Shown here: one piece after another, positions 26,649 to 37,969 of the stretch
How the letters are laid out: each line of letters opens with the position of its first letter
Position numbering within the stretch: the stretch's first letter is position 1
Source of the DNA: Patescibacteria group bacterium
GTDB lineage: Bacteria > Patescibacteriota > Minisyncoccia > Phycocordibacterales > Phycocordibacteraceae
Direction of reading: 5' to 3'
DNA: 64,000 bases
Assembly (NCBI GenBank): GCA_040384705.1
Contig: JAZKIU010000001.1
Span: forward strand, 405,847 to 469,846
Made by a program: the position numbers and the translations under genes
Notes under the pieces: model-generated
What the model saw: the letters and a program-made list of their open reading frames with translations, nothing else
What the model was told of the DNA's origin: nothing
Databases searched by the model: none

Positions 26649-27050
26649 ATGGCTGAAACCAACAACTACACCACCGCTGTCGGACGCAGGAAGACTGCAT
26701 CCGCACGCGTGAAGCTCACGCCAGCAGAGAAGAACTCGGTGACCGTGAATGGCAAGCCGTCGCTCGAGTATTTCAAGACGAAGGAGCGCGACGCAGTCAC
26801 CATGGACGTCTTCAAGACCGTGGAGACGAAGCAGAACTATGCGGTTGAGGCCAAGGTAGCGGGAGGAGGCGTTGCCGCTCAGGCAGGGGCTGTCCGCCAT
26901 GCTATCGCCCGCGCCATCACCGTAGCGGAAGAGGGGAGCCGGGGCACCCTTAAGGCCGCAGGACTTCTCACTCGCGACCCTCGCTCGAAGGAGCGCAAGA
27001 AGCCGGGTCTTCTCAAGGCTCGCAAGCGACCGCAGTGGTCGAAGCGTTAG
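26649..27050 (+). CDS. rpsI: 30S ribosomal protein uS9
   Basis: GRRKTASARV, GGG..AQAGA, ERKKPGL.KARK.PQWSKR. Confidence 0.97.
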   Translation: MAETNNYTTAVGRRKTASARVKLTPAEKNSVTVNGKPSLEYFKTKERDAVTMDVFKTVETKQNYAVEAKVAGGGVAAQAGAVRHAIARAITVAEEGSRGTLKAAGLLTRDPRSKERKKPGLLKARKRPQWSKR

Positions 27051-27053
27051 AGC

Positions 27054-27091
27054 AAAACAATGGACGCCGCATCTGCGGCGTCCATTGTTTT
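27054..27091 (+). terminator. intrinsic terminator of ribosomal operon
   Basis: Perfect inverted repeat AAAACAATGGACGCCGCA-TC-TGCGGCGTCCATTGTTTT. Confidence 0.85.
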
Positions 27092-27154
27092 AGGGCCTTG
27101 CATCTGCATCATTTTAGCCGCACTCTAATACAGTAACCACCCTAATCCGAATGC

Positions 27155-27616
27155 ATGCGCATATTTGTACCTAGCCGAATGGCTCGTGACTTGGGAGAGG
27201 AGAAGATAGGCAAGGGAGAATTCTACGCCTATGTCACTGTCTTTGTGGCAGCGAATCTCTTCTTCGTTGCTTTCCTAGTCGGATTAGAGCCTCTTATCTA
27301 CGTCCCCGCTTGGCTTGAATTAGCCGATAAGGGTCTCGCGATACTCTTTATCTTGGCGACACTCGCTCTTGGATATCAAGAGAACAAGCGAGGAGATGGA
27401 AAGCGATTCTGGTACCGCTTCATCTCGCTTGGTTTCCCAATCGCAATCATCACCACGGTGCCGTTGATTATCGCCATTTCCATCTTCGTCATCATGGGTC
27501 TTATCGATATTAATGCATTCGGATATATCGATCTGCTCCTCGCTATCCCGTTCTACATCCTCGGGTTGTACCTCACCGTTAAGTATATGCGTGTCGCTGC
27601 AGGCGGAACCGCGTAA
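27155..27616 (+). CDS. hypothetical membrane protein
   Basis: Four hydrophobic segments. Confidence 0.7.
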   Translation: MRIFVPSRMARDLGEEKIGKGEFYAYVTVFVAANLFFVAFLVGLEPLIYVPAWLELADKGLAILFILATLALGYQENKRGDGKRFWYRFISLGFPIAIITTVPLIIAISIFVIMGLIDINAFGYIDLLLAIPFYILGLYLTVKYMRVAAGGTA

Positions 27617-27659
27617 GTCATTTTGACTACCCGCATCATTTCCGGCATATTCTTTATAT

Positions 27660-28217
27660 ATGGATAGAGATGATGACATCACCGTCGAGCGTGACGGCCA
27701 CGAAGAGGATGGCGTAAGCGAAGTCGAGCTCGAGGAGCGCGAATCTAAGGTCGATAATAAGCTCGCTAAAGTTAAGAAGGAACTCGAAGTGGCTAAGGCC
27801 GAGAGTAAGGAACACCTTGATGGCTGGCAGCGCTCCAAAGCCGACTATGTGAATGCGCTCAAGCGGTTCGAGGCGGAGAAGGCTGCTGCCAAGGATTCTG
27901 GTGTCGTGAAGGCCATCAGCGCACTCCTCCCGGCATATGATGCGCTTGAACGCGCTAAGGAGCATGGCGAGCTTCCGGAAGGGTTCGAGAGCATTGTGAA
28001 GCAGATAGAGAGCGCATTTACAGCACTCGGCGTGACCACGCTCGGAGTAGTGGGCGAACCATTCGACCCGATGCGCCACGAGGCGCTCGGTACCGATATG
28101 ACCGAGGACCCGAAGGCGGACGACCACGTGACCAGCATCCTCGAAAAAGGATACATGGTGGGGCAGTCGGTGCTGCGTCCTGCCCGCGTGCGTGTGGCTC
28201 ATTACGAGGGCGCGTAG
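27660..28217 (+). CDS. grpE: nucleotide exchange factor GrpE
   Basis: WQRSKADYVN, GEPFDPMRHEA, KGY....VLRPARV. Confidence 0.95.
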   Translation: MDRDDDITVERDGHEEDGVSEVELEERESKVDNKLAKVKKELEVAKAESKEHLDGWQRSKADYVNALKRFEAEKAAAKDSGVVKAISALLPAYDALERAKEHGELPEGFESIVKQIESAFTALGVTTLGVVGEPFDPMRHEALGTDMTEDPKADDHVTSILEKGYMVGQSVLRPARVRVAHYEGA

Positions 28218-28318
28218 CAGCTACTTGAAGCCTTCATTCATGAAGCGTAAAATGAGCGTACTTGGGTGACTTTAGGGCTTCCTTTCACCTGTAGCTTTAC
28301 TAATTTCAGCATTCACCT

Positions 28319-30235
28319 ATGGCAAAGATACTCGGTATTGATCTTGGAACGACCAACTCGGCGATGGCCATCATGGAGGGCGGCGAAGCACGCGTGCTCG
28401 AGAACGCTGAAGGCCAGCGCACGACCCCATCCGTTGTCGCAATCGCCAAGAACGGCGAGCGCCTCGTGGGTACGCTCGCGAAGCGCCAAGCGGTCACGAA
28501 CCCGAAGAACACCATATATGGCATCAAGCGCTTCATGGGTCACGCGTTCAAGGACGATGTGGTGCAGAAGGATAAGGATGTCGTGCCATACGAGATAAAG
28601 GCGGGGCCTGACGGAGGTGTCGTCGTGCATCTCGGCGAGAAGGACTACCGTCCCGAGGAAGTCTCCGCAATGATACTCGCGAAGCTGAAGGCTGACGCTG
28701 AGACCAAGCTCGGCGAGAAGATAACGGAAGCGGTCATCACCGTTCCTGCGTACTTCGACGACGCCCAGCGCGCGGCCACCAAGGCCGCGGGCCAGGTCGC
28801 AGGCCTCAACGTGCTCCGCATCATCAACGAACCAACCGCAGCGGCGCTCGCGTACGGTTTCAATAAGAAGAAGGACGAGAAGATAGTCGTGTACGACTTC
28901 GGTGGCGGTACCTTCGATGTGTCCGTGCTCGAGGTCGCCATGGGTGACGCGGGCGAGCTCACTATCGAGGTGCGCTCAACTGATGGCGATAGCCACATGG
29001 GCGGTCGCGACATCGACCAGAAGATAGTCCGGTACCTCGCCGACGAGTTCAAGAAGCAGAGCGGGCTGGACGTCACGAAGGACCCGCTCGCGCTCCAGCG
29101 CCTCGATGAGGGAGCGGAGAAGGCCAAGCATGAGCTCTCGACCGGTAGCGAGACGGAGGTGAACATCCCGTTCATCACGGTGGGTTCTGACGGCACTCCC
29201 CAACACCTCCTCGTGAAGCTCTCCCGCTCCACGCTCGAGACGCTCGCCGAGGAATACGTCACTCGCTCCATCGACATCACCAAGCGTGCGCTCGAGGCGT
29301 CCGGTATGAGCGCCAGCGAGATAGGGGAAGTGATACTGGTCGGTGGCCAGACCCGCATGCCGCTCATCCAGGCGGAAGTGGAGAAGCTCTTCGGCAAGAA
29401 GCCGCACATGGACGTGAATCCGGATGAGGTGGTCGCTATCGGCGCCGCTATCCAGGCGGGCGTGCTCCAGGGCGATGTGAAGGACATCCTTCTCGTGGAC
29501 GTCATCCCGCTCTCTCTTTCTATCGAGACCATGGGCGGCGTCGCCACCAAGCTCATCGAGCGAAACACCGCCATCCCGACTTCAAGGAGCCAGACCTTCT
29601 CGACGGCGTCTGATAACCAGACGAACGTGGAGATACACATCACCCAGGGCGAGCGCGCCATGGCAGCTGACAACAAGTCGCTCGGCCGGTTCATGCTCGA
29701 GGGTATTCCGCCCGCTCCTCGTGGCCTTCCGCAGGTTGAGGTCACCTTCGATGTGGACGCCAACGGCATCCTCACCGTGAAGGCCAAGGAGAAGACTACC
29801 GGCAAAGAGCAGTCTATCCGCATCGAGGGCTCCACCGGGCTCTCCAAGGAAGACATCGAGAAGATGCAGGCAGACGCTGAAGTGCATGCAGCAGAGGACG
29901 CCAAGCGCCGCGAGCTCGTCGAGGCGAAGAACCTCGCAGAGCAACTCATATACACCGCCGAGAAGGCAGTGAAGGATAACGGAGAGAAGGCGGGAACCGA
30001 GGTCGTCACTGAAGTGAACGAGAAGATAGCGGCTCTCCGCACCGCGCGCGAAGGCGAAGATATGGAAGCCATCAAGTCGGCTTCTGAGGCACTTTCCGTA
30101 TCGCTCTCGAAGATTGGCGAGGCTATGATGAAGAACGAGCCTGGTGCGCCAACTGAAGGCGCTGCACCGGAAGGGAACACGGATACCCCGCCTGAGGCAG
30201 GTGCGACGGACGCCGAGTTCACCGAGAAGCCATAG
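28319..30235 (+). CDS. dnaK: chaperone DnaK
   Basis: [31 protein letters not shown]. Confidence 0.98.
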   Translation: MAKILGIDLGTTNSAMAIMEGGEARVLENAEGQRTTPSVVAIAKNGERLVGTLAKRQAVTNPKNTIYGIKRFMGHAFKDDVVQKDKDVVPYEIKAGPDGGVVVHLGEKDYRPEEVSAMILAKLKADAETKLGEKITEAVITVPAYFDDAQRAATKAAGQVAGLNVLRIINEPTAAALAYGFNKKKDEKIVVYDFGGGTFDVSVLEVAMGDAGELTIEVRSTDGDSHMGGRDIDQKIVRYLADEFKKQSGLDVTKDPLALQRLDEGAEKAKHELSTGSETEVNIPFITVGSDGTPQHLLVKLSRSTLETLAEEYVTRSIDITKRALEASGMSASEIGEVILVGGQTRMPLIQAEVEKLFGKKPHMDVNPDEVVAIGAAIQAGVLQGDVKDILLVDVIPLSLSIETMGGVATKLIERNTAIPTSRSQTFSTASDNQTNVEIHITQGERAMAADNKSLGRFMLEGIPPAPRGLPQVEVTFDVDANGILTVKAKEKTTGKEQSIRIEGSTGLSKEDIEKMQADAEVHAAEDAKRRELVEAKNLAEQLIYTAEKAVKDNGEKAGTEVVTEVNEKIAALRTAREGEDMEAIKSASEALSVSLSKIGEAMMKNEPGAPTEGAAPEGNTDTPPEAGATDAEFTEKP

Positions 30236-30334
30236 CGGGAGTTAGTGGTTGAAGCAAACAGCGGCCCTCGGTCGCTGTTTGCTTTTCCCTCAAATGTACG
30301 TATATTCCTCACAGACTCATTGAAAGGGGTTGTC

Positions 30335-30655
30335 ATGCCAGTCGATCATCTCGCTCTCATCAGTGCCTTCGGGGCGCTCTTCGTATTCACGCTTGCCGCG
30401 CTCGCGGGAGCCTGGTGCAAATACCATCTCGCCCTGGCGACTGCGAACTGGACGGACACGCTCCAGTTCGATGCCGGCTTCCTCAGCTCCCTGATCCTCC
30501 TGCTCGCACTCGCTGCGATCGCGCTCACGCCGAGCGGGCTCGTGATGTTCGGGAAGGTCGGCCAGTTCCTCCTCGTGTTCCTGGTCTTCCTGGTGCTGGG
30601 GAGCGTACTGCTTCTCTGGGTGAACAGGCCGCGCAATCATCGAGGGAGTGGATGA
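30335..30655 (+). CDS. small membrane protein (accessory)
   Basis: Three TM segments; AAAGGGG SD-like. Confidence 0.6.
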   Translation: MPVDHLALISAFGALFVFTLAALAGAWCKYHLALATANWTDTLQFDAGFLSSLILLLALAAIALTPSGLVMFGKVGQFLLVFLVFLVLGSVLLLWVNRPRNHRGSG

Positions 30656-30658
30656 GTC

Positions 30659-30910
30659 ATGGCGACACACTGGTTCTTCACTGAGGGCGACCTCGTCGCC
30701 CTCAAAGCCGATGCAGAAGGATATCCTTCTGTGCTTGCCGATGAGGCATGGCCGCTGCGGGCCGTGAGGGTGACGCGCGTGCCGGAGTATCTCGCCGACA
30801 TCACTCCTCACCCGCAGTACTTCTGCCTGCTGCGAGCTGACGACACATACATCGAACGAGGGCCAGGTGATCCCATGCGGGTGAATGGCTCCTGGTTCGA
30901 GAAGGCGTGA
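30659..30910 (+). CDS. small hypothetical protein (accessory)
   Basis: Follows previous ORF by 3 nt; hairpin GGGCGG..CCGCCC downstream. Confidence 0.6.
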   Translation: MATHWFFTEGDLVALKADAEGYPSVLADEAWPLRAVRVTRVPEYLADITPHPQYFCLLRADDTYIERGPGDPMRVNGSWFEKA

Positions 30911-30990
30911 CAGAGGGCGGTCCGGAACATAACCGGGCCGCCCTTTCTCTTTTGCCCTCAAAAATCAGTGGGTGTACTATGGGAATAAAT

Positions 30991-32061
30991 ATGGCTAAGA
31001 ACTATTACGAAGTGCTCGGCGTCGACAAGAAGGCCACCAAGGACGACATCAAGAAGGCGTTCCGGAAGCTCGCGCAGAAGCATCACCCAGACAAGGGTGG
31101 TGATGAGGCGAAGTTCAAGGAGATAACGGAGGCGTACGCGACCTTGGCGGACGAGAAGCGCCGCCGCGAATACGATTCATACGGCCAGAGCTTCGGGGCA
31201 GGCGGGGGACCGGGAGCGGGGCCCGGCGGCTTCGACTTCAATGGGTTCCAGAACGGGAACATCGAGTTCGATCTCTCGGACCTTTTCGAGGGCTTCGGAG
31301 ACATATTCGGTGGGCAGTCCCAGGGACGCGGGCGCATGAAGCGCGGGCGCGACATTTCAATAGATATAGAGGTCTCGTTCAAGGAGTCGGTGCTCGGTGC
31401 CAAGCGCCAGGTGCTACTCACGAAAGTCAGCAAGTGCGATATCTGCGCGGGTTCGGGAGCCAAGCCCGGGACAGAGATGCTCTCCTGCACGACCTGCAAC
31501 GGTGCAGGGAGGGTGCATGAGACGCGCAACACGCCGTTCGGCCAGATGTCGAGCGTGCGCAACTGCCCGCAGTGCGAAGGCACAGGGAAGATTCCGAAGG
31601 AGAAGTGCGCTACCTGCAGCGGTCACGGCGTCCTCAAGAAAGAAGAGGAGATAAAGATAACTATCCCGGCCGGTATCGATGGCGGGGAGATGATACGCAT
31701 GCCAGGGCTCGGCGAGGCGGTTAAGGGTGGCACACCCGGCGACCTCTACGTAAAAGTGCATGTGAAGCCGCACGCCGTCTTCAAGAAACAGGGACTCAAC
31801 CTCATCATGAACATGCCGGTGAAGCTGACCGACTCGCTTCTGGGCACTACTGCCACGATCGAGACCATCGAAGGCAAGAAGCTCGAGGTGAAGGTCCCTC
31901 CCATGGAGGCTCCCGAGGAGACGCTTCGTATCCGGGGGAAGGGCGTGAACATCGACGGGACACACGGCGACCTCCTTATTAAGCTTTCGGTCACCCTTCC
32001 GAAGAAGCTTTCCACCAAAGCAAAGAAGGCAATTGAGGAACTCAAGTCCGAGGGTCTCTAG
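30991..32061 (+). CDS. dnaJ: chaperone DnaJ
   Basis: J domain HPD, G/F region, four CxxCxGxG repeats. Confidence 0.97.
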   Translation: MAKNYYEVLGVDKKATKDDIKKAFRKLAQKHHPDKGGDEAKFKEITEAYATLADEKRRREYDSYGQSFGAGGGPGAGPGGFDFNGFQNGNIEFDLSDLFEGFGDIFGGQSQGRGRMKRGRDISIDIEVSFKESVLGAKRQVLLTKVSKCDICAGSGAKPGTEMLSCTTCNGAGRVHETRNTPFGQMSSVRNCPQCEGTGKIPKEKCATCSGHGVLKKEEEIKITIPAGIDGGEMIRMPGLGEAVKGGTPGDLYVKVHVKPHAVFKKQGLNLIMNMPVKLTDSLLGTTATIETIEGKKLEVKVPPMEAPEETLRIRGKGVNIDGTHGDLLIKLSVTLPKKLSTKAKKAIEELKSEGL

Positions 32062-32082
32062 GAAGGAGTTATACTAGAACCT

Positions 32083-32610
32083 ATGGACGTTAACTCCGTA
32101 GCGGTGCAGGTATCCGACTTCGCGACGAGCGGTATCTCGGACATCTGGCTGTGGGTGGGGAACTTCGTGGTTCTGCTCGTGCTCACCGTCGTGATGCTCC
32201 TCTTTTCGTACAAGGGAGGGAGAGGAGGCATTATCTCGCTCATCCTCGCGCTTTACGTGGGGTACGCCATCTATATCGTCTTCCCGTATACGGACCAGAT
32301 AATAGCGGCAGGAGGGACGACGATGATAAAGGCGGTCATCAGCGTCATCATCTACGGCATCTCCACCTTCATACCATTCATATTCATCCAGCGGCTCACG
32401 GGCGGTGGGTTCGGCGTCCTTTCGGTCGTACCGCGCTTCGCGCTCTCGTTCCTCGCAGCAGCGTTCCTGCTCGCGCTTTCGTACCATGTCTTTGATATCA
32501 GCAATATCTATACGTTCCCAGCTCCGCTCGATACGCTCTTCGCTCCGCAGGGATACTTCTTCTGGTGGTTCATTGCGCCGCTTGCGGGTCTCATCTTCTT
32601 GGTTCACTAG
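32083..32610 (+). CDS. hypothetical membrane protein
   Basis: Five hydrophobic segments. Confidence 0.7.
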   Translation: MDVNSVAVQVSDFATSGISDIWLWVGNFVVLLVLTVVMLLFSYKGGRGGIISLILALYVGYAIYIVFPYTDQIIAAGGTTMIKAVISVIIYGISTFIPFIFIQRLTGGGFGVLSVVPRFALSFLAAAFLLALSYHVFDISNIYTFPAPLDTLFAPQGYFFWWFIAPLAGLIFLVH

Positions 32611-32657
32611 GCTAGTTTTTTCGCGGCTGTAAAGTCGTTATGTTAGAATGGTTTCTT

Positions 32658-34445
32658 ATGTCGAAAATCGACGAGACAAAGAAGACGCGTATAGCGCCCG
32701 TCCTGCGGGCGTATTTCAAGGTAGCTATACAGTATCCATGGCTGCTTGCGCTCATATTCCTCGGTGGCGCCATCATCGAAGGAGCAGGAGTGTGGTCCGC
32801 GCTCGTCATCAAGGATTTCGCGGACCTGATTTCGCAAGGAACACCAACCGCTGACGTCGTCACGAGCCTCTTCTGGGTTCTCGCGCTCTTCGCAGGGGTT
32901 TCGTTCCTTGGCTGGTGTGGCCAGCGCATGCGCCAGCTCGGTCTCGTGTATATCGAGCCGAAAGCGATGAACGACCTCTCCCGCTCTGCGTTCACGTACT
33001 TGATAGGGCACTCGCATGATTTCTTCGCATCCAACTTCGCTGGCTCCTTGAGCCGTCGCGTGACGCGCTACGCCCGCTCATTCGAGAGCGTGCTGGATAA
33101 CATATCCTTCAATTTCTATTCCACACTCCTGTATACGGTGGGCATCCTCGTCGTGCTTTCCATGAAGAGCCTAGTGCTCGGTGCAATAGTGCTCGCATGG
33201 ACCATTTTCTTCATATACCTGCAGATAGCGATGGCGAAGTGGCGCCAACCGCTACGCATCCTCCGTGCGGAAGAGGACAGCAAGGTCACGGGCGTGCTCT
33301 CGGATGCGATAGGGAACCACTCTGCCATAAGCCAGTTCGCAGCCGAGAAGCATGAGATCTCGATATTCGATAAGACGCTCGATAGCTGGAAGGCTGCGAC
33401 GCTCAAGTCGTGGCTCGCCGATAACTGGATATGGGCCGTCCAGGGGTTGTTCGTGCTCTTCATTGAAGTGGCGATACTCGCCGCGAGCATACTGCTATGG
33501 GAACGTGGGCTCTTCACGGTGGGCGACTTCGTGCTCATCCAGATCTATATCATCGGTCTTATCGATAAGGTCTGGAACATCGGGCACGCTATGAAGAACC
33601 TGTACTCCGCATTCGCGGAGGCGTACGAGATGGTGGAGATATTCGAGAAGCCGCACGCGATTCAGGATGTTGCGGACGCAAAGCCGCTCATACTCACCAA
33701 GGGGCAGGTGGACTTCAATGACGTGACCTTCAGGTTTAATGAGGACCGGGTCATCCTTGAGAAATTCAATCTCACGATACACGGCGGGGAGAAGGTGGCG
33801 CTTGTGGGTCCGTCCGGAGCCGGCAAATCGACGCTGACACGACTCCTTCTGCGCCTGTATGACGTGAGTGATGGAGCGGTGCGTATCGATGGCCAGGACG
33901 TGCGAACACTCACCCAGGCAAGCCTGCGCGAGAACATCTCCTTCGTACCGCAGGAGCCGGTCCTTTTCCATCGAACGCTGCGTGAGAACATCGCGTATGG
34001 GAGGCCGGACGCCACGCTCGAGGAGATCATCATCGCAGCGAAGAAGGCGCACTGCCATGAGTTCATCGATTCGCTCCCGCAGAAGTACGAGACGTATGTG
34101 GGTGAGCGGGGGATAAAGCTATCAGGAGGCGAGCGCCAGCGCGTCGCTATCGCGCGCGCCATTCTCAAGAACGCTCCTGTGCTTATACTCGACGAGGCGA
34201 CTTCGAGCCTGGATTCCGAGTCCGAAGCTCTCATCCAGGACGCGCTCCGTGTCCTCATGGAAGGGAAGACGGTCATTGTCGTGGCGCACCGCCTCTCTAC
34301 CATCATGAGCATGGACCGTATCCTTGTTATCGAGGGTGGCCGTATAGCGGCTGAGGGTACGCATGACCAACTACTAGACGAGAAGGATGGACTCTATCAC
34401 AAGCTGTGGAGTATTCAGGCGGGTGGGTTTCTTTCCGAAAACTAG
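32658..34445 (+). CDS. ABC exporter, fused permease and ATPase
   Basis: TM domain; GPSGAGKST, LSGGERQR, ILDEATS, AHRLS. Confidence 0.95.
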   Translation: MSKIDETKKTRIAPVLRAYFKVAIQYPWLLALIFLGGAIIEGAGVWSALVIKDFADLISQGTPTADVVTSLFWVLALFAGVSFLGWCGQRMRQLGLVYIEPKAMNDLSRSAFTYLIGHSHDFFASNFAGSLSRRVTRYARSFESVLDNISFNFYSTLLYTVGILVVLSMKSLVLGAIVLAWTIFFIYLQIAMAKWRQPLRILRAEEDSKVTGVLSDAIGNHSAISQFAAEKHEISIFDKTLDSWKAATLKSWLADNWIWAVQGLFVLFIEVAILAASILLWERGLFTVGDFVLIQIYIIGLIDKVWNIGHAMKNLYSAFAEAYEMVEIFEKPHAIQDVADAKPLILTKGQVDFNDVTFRFNEDRVILEKFNLTIHGGEKVALVGPSGAGKSTLTRLLLRLYDVSDGAVRIDGQDVRTLTQASLRENISFVPQEPVLFHRTLRENIAYGRPDATLEEIIIAAKKAHCHEFIDSLPQKYETYVGERGIKLSGGERQRVAIARAILKNAPVLILDEATSSLDSESEALIQDALRVLMEGKTVIVVAHRLSTIMSMDRILVIEGGRIAAEGTHDQLLDEKDGLYHKLWSIQAGGFLSEN

Positions 34446-34508
34446 TTTTGGAGATTTAATTTTATAGACACTTTCTAAAAATAAGATATATTCATTAATA
34501 ATCTAGTA

Positions 34509-35630
34509 ATGGAAAAGAGGCCAAAATCACAGCAGATAGAAGCACCTTCATTCTCGAAGTCGATTCGCAATGCCTTGGAACGAGTACACCAAGAAGAATC
34601 CCTGGATATTGATGTAAGGGCTGCGGACCCATTGGAAGCCGATAGTTTTTTCAAGGACTCGCTGCCGCAGCTAAATAAGAAAGATTCTTCCGAAGAAGTG
34701 ATTAAGCAAATTCGTATACTTATTCCGGATGCAGAGAAAATTGAAGTTTATACATTGGTCGAGGCGCGAGCTGCGCTCCGGGATTTAGGACATATTGCTG
34801 CGTCATTACGTAAAAAGAATACTGCGATCTCGAAAGTGCCCGAGCTCGAAGATGCACTTCTGGCGATTGGCCTTAAAATTAATGAGGTGCCACGCGATAC
34901 TGTTTTCAGCTATGGCCCAAGAAACCCATTGGATGAACGTGAGAGAACATTCACTGGGCTTGAGGCGGAGAAGCTTTTTATCCGCAGCTTCAGGGAAGGT
35001 ATGAGTGAGTTATACGCAGGTGTAGATGCTCTTATATCTGCATATGAAGCAGGACCAGAAAGCGAGATTTGGGAAAGGGAGTGCAGAAAAGCTACAACAG
35101 CATTCGAACGGATGGTGGAGGCAATTAGGAGCATACGAAAGAATTTACCTCCCGAGACGTTTACCTACGAATTGCGGCCATATTTTGATCCAATTGAGCT
35201 GGAAGGCAAAACCTATTACGCCCCGGGTGGCGCACAAATGCCCGTTCTTCTCTACGATCAATTGCTTTGGGGTTCAGATTCAAATGATGAAAGCTACAAA
35301 GCTTATAAAGAAGATAATATCGCTTATAGTCCGCCTGCTGTACGCGAATTATCCGCATCGCTCGATGGGGCACCAAGCATGCTGACGAAGTTGCTCAATG
35401 CAAGTAATGGAGGGGATCCGGAGCAGACGCGAAAAAGTGCGGCCGCTCTTCTACAGCTGTCAAACAGTCTTCTTCGTTTTCGTGCGCCACACCAAAAAGT
35501 AGCAGCTGACAATTTTGCACTGCGATCTGAACACTCCCTAGGAAGCGGCGGATATACCCCTGAAATTCTGCAAAGATTGTCCGACCACGTTCAAGAAGTG
35601 CGCGCGCAAATCGTGCAGCTAGCAAACTAA
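34509..35630 (+). CDS. PrnB/indoleamine-dioxygenase-like heme protein
   Basis: AADPL, ELRPYFDP...PGGAQMP, FRAPH, GSGGYTP motifs recalled for PrnB family. Confidence 0.7.
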   Translation: MEKRPKSQQIEAPSFSKSIRNALERVHQEESLDIDVRAADPLEADSFFKDSLPQLNKKDSSEEVIKQIRILIPDAEKIEVYTLVEARAALRDLGHIAASLRKKNTAISKVPELEDALLAIGLKINEVPRDTVFSYGPRNPLDERERTFTGLEAEKLFIRSFREGMSELYAGVDALISAYEAGPESEIWERECRKATTAFERMVEAIRSIRKNLPPETFTYELRPYFDPIELEGKTYYAPGGAQMPVLLYDQLLWGSDSNDESYKAYKEDNIAYSPPAVRELSASLDGAPSMLTKLLNASNGGDPEQTRKSAAALLQLSNSLLRFRAPHQKVAADNFALRSEHSLGSGGYTPEILQRLSDHVQEVRAQIVQLAN

Positions 35631-35633
35631 CTT

Positions 35634-36716
35634 ATGGAAGCATTGAAGACTATCCCGGTTGGACTGGTGCGTTCCGTAGTGGAGGAGAATATTCCGACGG
35701 GCTCTGTTCCTAAGTATTCTAAAGTTTACATGAGTTATCCAATGCGGCTCGAAGCAATGGCTCTTGATCCAAGCAAGATCGAAATTCGAGAGGATGCCTC
35801 GTATGCAGCTGGTCAAATCAACTTTAAACTTGGCGCTTTTAGAAATGTAACAGTCAAGAATAATAACAATTCGAATGAGTTAATCATTAGGGCATTGCCG
35901 GCACGAATAGCCCTAGTGCGCCATTCAGCAGAGCTGCTGCGACAAGCCTTAGGCTATGCTGGCGGTTTGATAATTGACGTTGAAAGCGAAATTGATGAAT
36001 TGAGGCATTGCGGCCTGGGCTCAAGTAGCAACACAATCGCGTGCGTTGGCTATGCTATCAACGAATTTTTTGGGAATCCAATTTCTCCTATAGCCCTGAT
36101 GAGATACCTCGCTAGGAATCACGGCGAGGAGATAGATGCGAACCCAAAAGTACTATCCCCTGTTCAATGCATCGGCGGCTCGGCAGCGGCCGGAATCACG
36201 GATGGAGGGGTATTTGTTATTGCCGGATCCCAGACTGTAATTGCTACGCAGCTAGTACCTGATGATTTCACTATTGTACTTGGTATTCCTACGGACTTCG
36301 AGTATCCGGACGCAGAGTATCTCCTTAAGAAGGAGGCCGAGGCAATGCCGAAATTTCTGCACACCGGCAGACAATATGGACCTGAGATTGCTTATCGACT
36401 AGTGCATGAAGGGTTGCCGGACCTGGTCGAGGGTCGCCTAAGCGGTATCGGTAGACTTATCTACGATTACAGATTCAAAATGGGCAGCATCGATAACTGC
36501 TCATTTGTATATCCTCGTATGAATGAGATAGCGCAGGATATTTCTCCTCTATTTGAAGAACATCATGCTGAGATTTTGGCATTGTCGTCCGTGGGTCCGG
36601 GTTTTTTTGCGGTTACAAGAGAGTCAAGCTACTGTGAAGAAATTTTCTCGGCGAGCGGCCTCACTACCTATTCGTTTAAACCTCATAACGGGAAGTACAA
36701 TATAGTATATGGATAA
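35634..36716 (+). CDS. GHMP-superfamily enzyme, beta-RFAP-synthase-like
   Basis: YPMRLE..ALD, HCGLGSS, GGVFVIAG, LSSVGP. Confidence 0.7.
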   Translation: MEALKTIPVGLVRSVVEENIPTGSVPKYSKVYMSYPMRLEAMALDPSKIEIREDASYAAGQINFKLGAFRNVTVKNNNNSNELIIRALPARIALVRHSAELLRQALGYAGGLIIDVESEIDELRHCGLGSSSNTIACVGYAINEFFGNPISPIALMRYLARNHGEEIDANPKVLSPVQCIGGSAAAGITDGGVFVIAGSQTVIATQLVPDDFTIVLGIPTDFEYPDAEYLLKKEAEAMPKFLHTGRQYGPEIAYRLVHEGLPDLVEGRLSGIGRLIYDYRFKMGSIDNCSFVYPRMNEIAQDISPLFEEHHAEILALSSVGPGFFAVTRESSYCEEIFSASGLTTYSFKPHNGKYNIVYG

Positions 36717-37368
36717 TTTCATTATCAGTAACGAGTATTGGAATACGGGGGAGACCGTTGAATATTTTGGAACCAAGCCTCCTGATCCACGAATCGTTAA
36801 ACGAGCGAAAGCATTGCTATTAGCGAATCCCGGTATAGCGTTGCGGGCACTTGATCTTGGCTGTGGAGGTGGAAGGCATACACGTATGCTGCGAGATCTT
36901 GGATTTGATGTAGATGCCTGTGATGTAAATCCAGCAATGCTTGAGGCAACGCGATCCATCGCGCCTGAACTCGCTGGACAGGTTGTGGAGGCATCCATAT
37001 TGTCATTGCCATACGCAGACCGAACATTCGACATGATAGTTTCAACGGGTGTGCTGCATCAAGTGTATTCCATAGAGGAGTATGGTCGAGCAACTAAAGA
37101 AATAGCACGCGTCATGAAGCCTGGTGCGATATTTTGCATGAACGTTTTCACCTCCAAGACTATCGATTCTAGACTGCAGAAAATGCGGACTGACGAGCCG
37201 GTCTACCTGACCAATGAGGGATTGCCTATGACGTTATTGAGCAGCACCGAAGTGTGTGAGCTACTGGAGCGACAAGGTATTAGGCTTGAAGGAAAGCCAG
37301 AAGAATCCGATAAGCAAGAACCCACTGGAATCCGCACTGTGTTCCGAGCTATCTTTAAACGAGATTAG
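36709..37368 (+). CDS. class I SAM-dependent methyltransferase
   Basis: ALDLGCGGGRH, LPYADRTFD, RVMKPG. Confidence 0.9.
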   Translation: MDNFIISNEYWNTGETVEYFGTKPPDPRIVKRAKALLLANPGIALRALDLGCGGGRHTRMLRDLGFDVDACDVNPAMLEATRSIAPELAGQVVEASILSLPYADRTFDMIVSTGVLHQVYSIEEYGRATKEIARVMKPGAIFCMNVFTSKTIDSRLQKMRTDEPVYLTNEGLPMTLLSSTEVCELLERQGIRLEGKPEESDKQEPTGIRTVFRAIFKRD

Positions 37369-37910
37369 CGGGTTGCGAGAAAGTCGGCTATCTCTTCGAA
37401 ATTCTTGCTCCACACGCCGGAGCGCTCGCTTTCGGGATATTCCGTAAACGCTCTAGTCTCGCCCGCGAGTGCAAGCACGCCATTCCATCCGCCGCGCGGA
37501 TCACCGATAACTTCTTCTGTTTTAATATGGATTTCTACACGATAACTGTACTCTTTTAGGAATCCGTCCGGCTCCGCATAGGCGGCGGCTATTTCAAAAT
37601 AGCCTGTTCGGTCGAGGACTCCTTGCAAAAGCATTAATAACTTTGCTGCAGGCACTTGGCGTTCTACGTATTGCGTATAGGGACCAGGAAGACCGAGATG
37701 CCGTATGAAAAGACTGTGGTCCTCTCGAATCGCAGGCGCCCCGTAGTCCTTAGCTGCTTGAAGAGCCGTCGTACGCGCAATCTCGGCACTCGTATCGGCT
37801 TGGATTTCGGGATAGTCCCGATCAACCGGAAACAGCTCGACACCGTATTTCCCGAAGCTTTCACTCGCTGCACGAACCTTTCCTGGGTTTTGTGTAACTA
37901 GATAAATCAT
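37365..37910 (-). CDS. Ham1/ITPase-family non-canonical NTP pyrophosphatase
   Basis: YLVTQNPGK, PEIQ, REDHSL....L..PGPY. Confidence 0.85.
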   Translation of the reverse strand: MIYLVTQNPGKVRAASESFGKYGVELFPVDRDYPEIQADTSAEIARTTALQAAKDYGAPAIREDHSLFIRHLGLPGPYTQYVERQVPAAKLLMLLQGVLDRTGYFEIAAAYAEPDGFLKEYSYRVEIHIKTEEVIGDPRGGWNGVLALAGETRAFTEYPESERSGVWSKNFEEIADFLATR

Positions 37911-37969
37911 GCTATAATAATAGCAGACGATAGCAGTTCGTCACAACACCATGTGGATGGAGCACGGAA

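Noticed and set aside
27617-28318. CIRCE operator for grpE-dnaK
   Set aside because: No TTAGCACTC-N9-GAGTGCTAA found upstream of grpE or dnaK
28645-30336. 563-aa antisense ORF to dnaK and other long antisense ORFs (e.g. 52108-53502, 50868-52079)
   Set aside because: Shadow frames of GC-rich, codon-biased core genes with no recognisable motifs
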